From IMG/VR virus record IMGVR_UViG_2541047819_000005: DNA of 5,186 nucleotides; one strand, written 5' to 3'. Source of the stretch: a virus (taxonomy: Duplodnaviria > Heunggongvirae > Uroviricota > Caudoviricetes). Of this stretch, positions 1-5,186 are shown piece by piece (position 1 is the first letter of the stretch; every line of letters begins with the position of its first letter). The notes below the pieces were generated by a model. That model did no database searches, had not been told where the DNA came from, and saw nothing but the letters and a program-made list of their open reading frames with translations. A program made the position numbers and the translations under genes.

Positions 1-834
1 GCATGGGCGTCAACGTGGCGCATCCCGCAATTTAAAACGGTTGGTCTGCCGACAATGGGGGCTTACCGTGAACTACGCAAATTGCCTCGCGGCGTCAGCA
101 TTGCTGATGAGTTTGACGAGCGCGTCGAGGCTGCACGCGCCGCCGCAGACAGTGGTGATTTTGCGTTGTATATCAGCGCGCAGGGTGGGGCAAATGTCCC
201 GCGCGATTGTCAGACTGTCAGGGTCGCCCGTAGCCCGTCGGATGACGTTAACGAGTATGAGGAAGAAGTCGAGAGAGTGGTCGGCATTTACGCGCCGCAT
301 CTCGGCGCGCGTCATATTCATATCACCAGAACGACGGACTGGCGCATTGTGCCGAAAGTGCCGGTCGTTGAGCCTTTGACGTTAAAAAGCGGCATCGCCG
401 CGCCTCGGAGTCCTGTCAATAACTGTGGAAAGGTCACCGGTGGTGATACTTCGTTACCGGCTCCCACACCTTCTGAGCACGCCGCAGCAGTGCTTAATCT
501 GGTTGATGACGGTGTTATCGAATGGAATGAGCCGGAGGTCGTGAAGGCGCTCAGGGGCGCATTAAAACACGGGCTGGGAACGCCAAATCGTCAGCAAAGA
601 AACGGAAGCCCGTTAAAACCGCATGAAATTGCACCATCGGCCAGACTGACCCGGCCGGAACGATTGCAAATCACCCGTATCCGCGTTGACCTTGCTCAGA
701 ACGGTATCAGGCCGCAGCGATGGGAGCTTGAGGCGCTGGCGCGTGGGGCAACCGTAAATTATGACGGGAAAAAATTCACGTATCCGGTCGCTGATGAGTG
801 GCCGGGATTCTCAACAGTAATGGAGTGGACATGA
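1..834 (+). CDS. Phage replication initiation endonuclease (P2 gpA-like), C-terminal portion; 5' end lies upstream of the window
   Basis: Frame 1 is open from position 1 to the TGA at 832-834 (the ORF track starts it at the first ATG, 55). GC is high (a sampled 60-nt line is about 63%). It sits immediately upstream of the DUF3850-like ORF and the variable locus, the position gene A occupies in P2-like phages. The assignment rests on synteny; no catalytic motif was verified in this fragment. Confidence 0.55.
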   Translation, partial: AWASTWRIPQFKTVGLPTMGAYRELRKLPRGVSIADEFDERVEAARAAADSGDFALYISAQGGANVPRDCQTVRVARSPSDDVNEYEEEVERVVGIYAPHLGARHIHITRTTDWRIVPKVPVVEPLTLKSGIAAPRSPVNNCGKVTGGDTSLPAPTPSEHAAAVLNLVDDGVIEWNEPEVVKALRGALKHGLGTPNRQQRNGSPLKPHEIAPSARLTRPERLQITRIRVDLAQNGIRPQRWELEALARGATVNYDGKKFTYPVADEWPGFSTVMEWT

Positions 835-1286
835 TGGCAAAAATTCACGAGGTAAAGCTGCACGCAAAATATTTCGACCTTGTGCTGGAAGGAAAGAAAC
901 GCGCAGAGTTTAGGAAAAATGACCGTAATTATGAGCACGGGGACACGTTGATTTTGCATGAATGGGTGCAGGGTGTGTATACGGGGCGAAAGGTTGAAGC
1001 CCGGATAACAGATGTTACTGACCTGTCAGACTGGCTGGAAGATTATGTCTTGCTAAGTATTGAGCTGCTTAATACAGGCGCATATGAGATTGTGAACTGG
1101 AAAGAACTTAGTGAGCGTGGTCTGGTATTCAGAATTAATCATGAAATTATGCATCAGCTCGGCCTTGCTGTTATGTATGAACCAGAGACGGGGATGTCTG
1201 GCGGGGCAATGGTTGCCACGGATGGAGCATGGAACTATTCAGATGAACAGATGGAGCGTGCACAGCAAAACGGGTGGCTTGGATAA
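831..1286 (+). CDS. DUF3850/ASCH-like (PUA-fold) domain protein with a C-terminal extension of about 80 aa
   Basis: The ATG at 831 overlaps the upstream stop (ATGA, 831-834). GGAG at 822-825 gives a Shine-Dalgarno 5 nt upstream. The N-terminal sequence MMAKIHEVKLHAKYFDLVLEGKKRAEFRKNDRNYEHGD matches my recollection of the DUF3850 consensus (KxxxExxxGxKxFExRKNDRxxxxGD). 151 codons, stop TAA at 1284-1286. Confidence 0.6.
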   Translation: MMAKIHEVKLHAKYFDLVLEGKKRAEFRKNDRNYEHGDTLILHEWVQGVYTGRKVEARITDVTDLSDWLEDYVLLSIELLNTGAYEIVNWKELSERGLVFRINHEIMHQLGLAVMYEPETGMSGGAMVATDGAWNYSDEQMERAQQNGWLG

Positions 1287-1339
1287 TGCACAGAATACCA
1301 GGCGAGATACCGCACCATAAAACTAAAAATATCAGGCTG

Positions 1340-1492
1340 ATGGCTATTGTTCAGCGTTTACAGCGGATTATGGTCAACGAAAATCTGACGCCCGATGAGC
1401 TGGTCGGGTGTGCCGAAATAGTCCGGGATAATTACGGGCGGCTTAACTATATCGGTCAGTCCAGAGTTGCGCCACCACCACGCAGACGATAG
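1340..1492 (+). CDS. Hypothetical small protein (about 50 aa); start uncertain (GTG 1274, ATG 1286 or ATG 1340)
   Basis: ORF co-oriented with and just downstream of the DUF3850-like gene. No convincing Shine-Dalgarno and no recognisable motif. Product MAIVQRLQRIMVNENLTPDELVGCAEIVRDNYGRLNYIGQSRVAPPPRRR. Confidence 0.3.
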   Translation: MAIVQRLQRIMVNENLTPDELVGCAEIVRDNYGRLNYIGQSRVAPPPRRR

Positions 1493-1715
1493 AGAACGCC
1501 GCCAGTCGTGAAACTTGTTTTCAGGGCTGGCGGGGTTGAACAACGAGCGAAGCGAGGCGTTAGTTGACAGACATATTTTTACTGCGTTGGTGCCGGTTTT
1601 TAACGGTTGAAAGGAGTTAGGTTGGAGAGCTAACAACTTACAAATATTCAAAAGTAAGCATCCTGTTGCTAACATGAGGTCGATTTTTTATGTGGATGAT
1701 GCAAAAAGGATAGCT
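1493..1715 (+). promoter_or_regulatory. Non-coding leader upstream of the cargo cassette; putative promoter region
   Basis: About 220 bp without a convincing ORF, where GC drops from phage-like to AT-rich. Perfect -35 hexamer TTGACA at 1564-1569 but no good -10 at 17 bp. Alternative weak pairs: TTGAAA 1606-1611 with TAACAA 1631-1636, and TTGCTA 1666-1671 with TATGTG 1689-1694. The exact promoter cannot be assigned by eye. Confidence 0.3.
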
Positions 1716-2447
1716 ATGGATACTATAATCGCTTTTCTATCACTCGCTTTTTTCGTTGCTTTCTTCATCGGGTTAATCAAGCCATCACTGGTGCGAATGC
1801 CAAACCGCAAACGTGCAAGTGCGGTTTATCTCGGAGGAGGTTTTGTATTGAGCATAATTGGTTCAATACTCTATCCAACAGAAAAAAGCCAGCCAGTTGA
1901 TAAAACTGAAACATCAACCGTTGCAGAACACAAAGTCCAAAAAACATTCGAATATGGGGAAAAAACACTCAAGGAATATCGGAACGAGTCAAAGAAAACA
2001 CGACACGATATTGTGAATAGTTACATTGATTTTAAGGAAGTTCCAGCCACCGCGTCAGATGCGTTTTATGCCTGCATGAGTGAGTATACATTTACCAAAG
2101 ATGATGAGTTGAAACTCGGTGATGTTCTTGGGTGGTGCTTTAATGATTATGAAAATGACTCGAATTCACTAAACAATAAAATCAATCTTGATACATTTCA
2201 GAGTAATTTTAGTGGTTGGGATGGTTCTTATCGTCCATTGGAAAAACTAATTAAAGATAATATGAACGATGATTCATCTTATAAACATGTGTCAACGGTA
2301 TATCATCTGGTTTTGAATAAAGACCCGTACGCTATTGTGAAAACTACGTTTCGCGGTACTAATGCTTATGGTGGAGTGGTTAAGCAGACTATAGCTGCGC
2401 GCGTCGACATACGAACGGGAGAGGTTGTATCAATATTAGATAATTGA
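1716..2447 (+). CDS. Cargo gene 1: small integral membrane protein with two N-terminal TM helices and a C-terminal domain of about 190 aa of unknown function
   Basis: ATG at 1716 preceded by AAAGGA (1705-1710), spacer 5 nt. Two hydrophobic segments: TIIAFLSLAFFVAFFIGLI (res 3-21) and AVYLGGGFVLSIIGSILY (res 36-53), separated by a basic loop KPSLVRMPNRKRAS. AT-rich (a sampled line is about 37% GC). 243 aa, stop at 2445-2447. The ORF track's start at 1674 has no Shine-Dalgarno. Confidence 0.75.
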   Translation: MDTIIAFLSLAFFVAFFIGLIKPSLVRMPNRKRASAVYLGGGFVLSIIGSILYPTEKSQPVDKTETSTVAEHKVQKTFEYGEKTLKEYRNESKKTRHDIVNSYIDFKEVPATASDAFYACMSEYTFTKDDELKLGDVLGWCFNDYENDSNSLNNKINLDTFQSNFSGWDGSYRPLEKLIKDNMNDDSSYKHVSTVYHLVLNKDPYAIVKTTFRGTNAYGGVVKQTIAARVDIRTGEVVSILDN

Positions 2448-2457
2448 TTATAAGCAA

Positions 2458-2484
2458 TGAGTGCTGAATGGTTTTCTGCACTCA
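2458..2484 (+). repeat. Intergenic imperfect inverted repeat (hairpin) between the two cargo genes
   Basis: TGAGTGC (2458-2464) pairs with GCACTCA (2478-2484), a 7-bp perfect stem with a further 3 bp of inner pairing and a 5-nt loop. Immediately followed by TATAAAT (2485-2491) and the Shine-Dalgarno AGGTGA of gene 2. Confidence 0.4.
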
Positions 2485-2512
2485 TATAAATATGAAATTT
2501 TTAGGTGATGTA

Positions 2513-3448
2513 ATGGAATATCAACTGGATTTACAAGAGAATGCTATTGATAGTTTTAATGAAGCTTTAGCAAAGTATGAGTTAGGGCAGAGAGGAGAAT
2601 TGCGGCAATATAAATTTGCTATCTTGCATTTGTCACATTTTCTTGAGCTGGTGTTGAAGTTATATATTGTTACAGTAGATGAAAATTTACTGTATTCCGA
2701 TTGCTATAAACAAATAGCTACAAGAGCAAAGCGAGAATCAATCAGTCTTTTAGACGCATATAATAAAATTATCGAGGATGGCGTTGATTTAGGAAGGTTC
2801 ATTGAAGGGAAATCTAGGCCATATACGATAACCTTAGATCAGGCACTAAACTTTGCTAAGTGTGAGAAATGTGGCATAACTGGGGTTGATTTTGTAGATA
2901 TTGATTTTTGTAATGATATAGCTTGGATAAAGAATTTAAGAAATGATATTGAGCATTATCAATTCAGACTTACTCCTAAAGACGCGCGCTTGTGTATTGG
3001 ACGCCTAGTCCGGGGGGTAGCTGAGTTTATTGATATCTTCGATCTTTTTAATCTTGAAGATGAAGTCGGTGCAGATAACTTACAGATATTTCAAACTTTA
3101 GCTGATGAATACTCTCATAGGCTCTCTGAAGCCAAGAAAGAAGTTGAAGAAAGAGAGGCTGAAGCTTTTTATGGGGTTAGGCATAAATTTTATGAATTGG
3201 TCGATTGGAAAGTTTATGAATGTCCTGAGTGTTCTAACGACACAATGATTCCCTCTGATGAGTCTTCTACGGGTTACAAATGCACTTTTTGTCAGAATGA
3301 AGATAGTGATGATATTGATGTTGCTTGCGATTGTTGTGGTGCGCAGGCTCCCAGCAGCGAAATGAGCATTTGGCCAATGGATGATGGTGATGTTGAGTAT
3401 CGTTGTTACTACTGTTCAGGGCAGTATCAGGCAGATAAAGACTTTTAA
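2513..3448 (+). CDS. Cargo gene 2: predicted HEPN-like (Rx4H motif) helical domain protein with two C-terminal CxxC...CxxC zinc ribbons; candidate RNase-type effector
   Basis: ATG at 2513 preceded by AGGTGA (2501-2506). 311 aa. Motif R143-N-D-I-E-H148 (nt 2939-2956) fits the HEPN Rx4-6H signature, with the typical N after R. Acidic/basic coiled-coil-like segment EAKKEVEEREAEAF. Zinc ribbon 1: C237-x2-C240...C257-x2-C260 (nt 3221-3292). Zinc ribbon 2: C272/C274/C275...C298-x2-C301 (nt 3326-3415). Very AT-rich (a sampled line is about 27% GC). Upstream in-frame ATGs at 2468 and 2492 lack a Shine-Dalgarno, and 2468 lies inside the hairpin. Confidence 0.8.
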   Translation: MEYQLDLQENAIDSFNEALAKYELGQRGELRQYKFAILHLSHFLELVLKLYIVTVDENLLYSDCYKQIATRAKRESISLLDAYNKIIEDGVDLGRFIEGKSRPYTITLDQALNFAKCEKCGITGVDFVDIDFCNDIAWIKNLRNDIEHYQFRLTPKDARLCIGRLVRGVAEFIDIFDLFNLEDEVGADNLQIFQTLADEYSHRLSEAKKEVEEREAEAFYGVRHKFYELVDWKVYECPECSNDTMIPSDESSTGYKCTFCQNEDSDDIDVACDCCGAQAPSSEMSIWPMDDGDVEYRCYYCSGQYQADKDF

Positions 3449-3530
3449 TTTGCTGTTAACTGCTAGGGATGAAGTTAAAAATCATAGGGCTCATCGTTAA
3501 TTTATACTCAAATTTGTTTGATTTCTGCAT

Positions 3531-3554
3531 TGCATACAAAAGATGCATTTTTTT
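3531..3554 (+). terminator. Weak candidate intrinsic terminator downstream of the cargo cassette
   Basis: TGCAT (3531-3535), loop ACAAAAG, ATGCA (3543-3547), followed by a T7 run (3548-3554). The stem is only 5 bp and AT-rich, so confidence is low. Confidence 0.25.
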
Positions 3555-3573
3555 GCATGCGTCAGACGTGCTT

Positions 3574-3597
3574 GCTCTGACAGTATATTGTCAGAGC
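3574..3597. repeat. Perfect 9-bp inverted repeat with 6-nt spacer (GCTCTGACA-gtatat-TGTCAGAGC), about 60 bp from cos
   Basis: Read directly: 3574-3582 is the exact reverse complement of 3589-3597. No adjacent T-run, so it looks more like a protein-binding palindrome or packaging-region element than a terminator. Confidence 0.5.
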
Positions 3598-3631
3598 TGG
3601 CGCGAATCTGGATTGTTCGTGCAACTGCATT

Positions 3632-3655
3632 AAAACCGCCCCATGAAGCGGGCGG
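3632..3655 (-). terminator. Hairpin plus T4 abutting cos; putative intrinsic terminator for minus-strand read-through (or structural part of the cos region)
   Basis: Plus strand reads AAAA-CCGCCC-catgaagc-GGGCGG. On the minus strand this is a 6-bp GC stem followed by TTTTAAT. It directly abuts the cos 19-mer. Confidence 0.4.
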
Positions 3656-3673
3656 GCGAGGCGGGGAAAGCAC
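3655..3673. other. cos: P2-type cohesive-end site (cos), 19-nt GGCGAGGCGGGGAAAGCAC, joined as in prophage or circular form
   Basis: Exact match to the 19-nt P2 cohesive-end sequence as I recall it from the literature. Position is consistent: about 160-180 bp from the stop of portal gene Q and adjacent to the variable locus. Confidence 0.7.
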
Positions 3674-3807
3674 TGCGCGCTGGCGGTGGTGCTGATTTTA
3701 TTTTTTCAGCGTCTGAGCGCGTCGTGATGACGTTTATATTGTGCGCCGGGGCGTTGGTGTGTCTGCGGGGTGTTTTGTGCGGTGGTGAGGGCGTGATGAC
3801 GGGGTGT

Positions 3808-3829
3808 AAAAAAGCCGCCCGCAGGCGGC
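3808..3829 (-). terminator. Rho-independent terminator of the P-Q (terminase-portal) operon
   Basis: Plus strand AAAAAA-GCCGCC-cgca-GGCGGC. On the minus strand this is a 6-bp GC stem with a 4-nt loop followed by TTTTTT, beginning 5 nt after the Q stop codon (3835-3837). Confidence 0.7.
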
Positions 3830-3834
3830 GATGT

Positions 3835-4869
3835 TCAGCCGTTGTCAGTGTCCAGTGAGTAGTTTTTAAAGCGGATGACCTCCTGACCGAGCCAGCCGTT
3901 TATCTCGCGGATCCTGTCCTGTAACGGGATAAGCTCATTGCGGACAAAGACCTTTGCCACTTTCTCAATATCGCCCAGCGACCCGACGTTCTCCGGCTTG
4001 CCGCCCATCAACTGAAAGGGGATGCGGTGCGCGTCCAGCAGGTCAGCGGCGCTGGATTTTTTGATATTAAAAAAATCGTCCTTTGTCGCCACTTCACTGA
4101 GCGGGATAATTTTGATGCCGTCTGGCTTTCCCTGTGGGGCATAGAGAAACAGATTTTTAAAGTTATTGCGGCCTTTCGAATTAGCCATGTTTTCGCGGAG
4201 TGAGTCAATGTAATCGCGATCCTGCAATGCGTCGGTGATATACATGATGTATCCGGCATGAGCGCCGTTTTCGTAATACTTGCGGCGGAACAGCGTGGCC
4301 GACTCATTCAGCCAGGCAGAGTTAAGGGCGCTGAGATATTCCGGCAGGCCGTACAGCTCCTGATTAATATCCGGCTCCAGCAGGTGAAACACGGAGCCGG
4401 GCGTGAAAGGTGTCGGCTCGTTGAAGGACGGCACCCACCAGTAAACATCCTCTTCCACACCACGGCGGGTATATTTTGCCGGTGAGGTTTCCAGTCTGAT
4501 GACCTTACCGGTGGTGCTGTAACGCTTTTCCAGAAACGCATTACCGAACACCAGAAAATCCAGCACAAAGCGGCTGAAATCCTGCTGGGAAAGCCACGGG
4601 TGCGGAATAAACGTTGAAGCCAGAATATTACGTTTGACGTAAATCGGTGAGCTGTGATGTACGGCAGCACGCAGGCTTTTTGCCAGACCGGTAAAGCTGA
4701 CCGGTGGCTCATACCATCTGCCGTTACTGATGCACTCGACGTAATCCAGAATGTCACGGCGGTCGAGTACCGGCACCGGCTCACCAAAGGTGAATGCCTC
4801 CATTTTCGGGGCGCTGGCGGTCATTGTTTTCACCGCTGGCTGCGGTGTTTTCCCTTTTTTCTTGCTCAT
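3835..4869 (-). CDS. Q: Phage portal (capsid portal) protein, P2 gpQ
   Basis: 344-aa ORF. Sequence (MSKKKGKTPQPAVKTMTASAPKMEAFTFGEPVPVLDRRDILDYVECISNGRWYEPPVSF...) is near-identical to P2 gpQ as I recall it, and the 1035-bp length matches P2 Q. Shine-Dalgarno GGAG 8 nt upstream. The start overlaps the P stop (TGATG). Confidence 0.93.
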   Translation of the reverse strand: MSKKKGKTPQPAVKTMTASAPKMEAFTFGEPVPVLDRRDILDYVECISNGRWYEPPVSFTGLAKSLRAAVHHSSPIYVKRNILASTFIPHPWLSQQDFSRFVLDFLVFGNAFLEKRYSTTGKVIRLETSPAKYTRRGVEEDVYWWVPSFNEPTPFTPGSVFHLLEPDINQELYGLPEYLSALNSAWLNESATLFRRKYYENGAHAGYIMYITDALQDRDYIDSLRENMANSKGRNNFKNLFLYAPQGKPDGIKIIPLSEVATKDDFFNIKKSSAADLLDAHRIPFQLMGGKPENVGSLGDIEKVAKVFVRNELIPLQDRIREINGWLGQEVIRFKNYSLDTDNG

Positions 4870-5186
4870 CAGTAAAACTCCAGAATGGTGGATGTCAGCG
4901 GGGTGCTGATACCGGCGGTGAGTGGCTCATTTAACAGGGCGTGCATGGTCGCCCAGGCGAGGTCGGCGTGGCTGGCTTCCTCGCTGCGGCTGGCCTCATA
5001 GGTGGCACTGCGTCCGCTGCTGGTCATGGTCTTGCGGATAGCCATAAACGAGCTGGTGATGTCGGTGGCGCTGACGTCATATTCCAGACAGCCACGGCGG
5101 ATAACGTCTTTGGCCTTGAGCACCATTGCGGTTTTCATTTCCGGCGTGTAGCGGATGTCGCGCGCGGCGGGATAGAACGAGCGCAC
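4869..5186 (-). CDS. P: Terminase large (ATPase) subunit, P2 gpP, C-terminal 105 codons; gene continues beyond the window end
   Basis: Open frame runs off the window edge (the track's initial M is an in-frame GTG at the boundary, not a real start). Ends ...TSTILEFY with TGA overlapping the Q ATG by 1 nt, as in the P2 P-Q arrangement. High GC, phage-like. Confidence 0.85.
   Translation of the reverse strand: MRSFYPAARDIRYTPEMKTAMVLKAKDVIRRGCLEYDVSATDITSSFMAIRKTMTSSGRSATYEASRSEEASHADLAWATMHALLNEPLTAGISTPLTSTILEFY

Noticed and set aside
41-379. Plus-strand ORF 41-379 and minus-strand ORF 73-321
   Set aside because: Alternative-frame or antisense ORFs embedded in the longer gpA-like reading frame; no independent support.
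759-1320. Minus-strand ORF 759-959 and plus-strand ORF 1111-1320
   Set aside because: They overlap the A stop / DUF3850 start junction or sit in an alternate frame of the DUF3850-like gene; no Shine-Dalgarno and odd composition.
1499-1533. Inverted repeat CCGCCAG...CTGGCGG downstream of the small ORF as a possible terminator
   Set aside because: The 7-bp stem has a loop of about 21 nt and no following T-run; it is not a convincing intrinsic terminator.
1358-1675. 105-aa minus-strand ORF overlapping the small plus-strand ORF and the cargo leader
   Set aside because: No Shine-Dalgarno before its ATG, and it runs antisense to the co-oriented A/DUF3850/cargo gene series across a regulatory leader. 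Likely spurious, though which (if either) of this and the 1340-1492 ORF is real cannot be settled without homology data.
1777-1968. 63-aa minus-strand ORF inside cargo gene 1
   Set aside because: Antisense to the TM-helix region of gene 1 (hydrophobic codons read as hydrophobic residues on the opposite strand); shadow ORF.
3643-3858. 71-aa plus-strand ORF (MKRAGEAGKALRAGGG...)
   Set aside because: It spans the cos 19-mer and the Q terminator in a GC-rich non-coding region, has a low-complexity Gly/Ala/Arg composition and no Shine-Dalgarno. It is most likely a spurious open frame.
4008-4787. Minus-strand ORFs 4008-4307 (99 aa) and 4308-4787 (159 aa), and plus-strand ORFs 4258-4485 and 4654-4875
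   Set aside because: All lie entirely inside the well-supported portal gene Q in alternative frames or on the opposite strand; these are typical GC-rich shadow ORFs.
1-5186. CRISPR arrays, tRNA/rRNA genes, IS elements or integrase/att sites
   Set aside because: No direct-repeat/spacer periodicity, no tRNA-like cloverleaf candidates, and no transposase-like ORFs or terminal inverted repeats were seen. The phage attachment site and integrase lie outside this window in a P2-like genome.

Overview
The window covers the joined-ends (cos) region of a P2-like (Peduovirus-type) enterobacterial prophage. Plus strand: the 3' end of a gpA-like replication gene (1-834), a DUF3850/ASCH-like ORF overlapping it by ATGA (831-1286), and a doubtful small ORF (1340-1492). 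Then comes a roughly 2 kb AT-rich cargo cassette of two co-oriented genes: a two-TM membrane protein (1716-2447) and a 311-aa protein with a HEPN-like Rx4H motif and two C-terminal zinc ribbons (2513-3448). After it sits the 19-nt P2-type cos sequence (3655-3673). Minus strand: the portal gene Q (3835-4869) with an intrinsic terminator, and the 3' end of the large terminase gene P (4869-5186, continues beyond the window). The cargo cassette occupies the A-to-cos variable locus, which holds tin/old in P2 and is a known anti-phage defence hotspot; I do not recognise the pair as a described system, so it is the main candidate for something new. Everything here was read by eye from the sequence and from memory of P2; no searches were run, so the domain calls are hypotheses.
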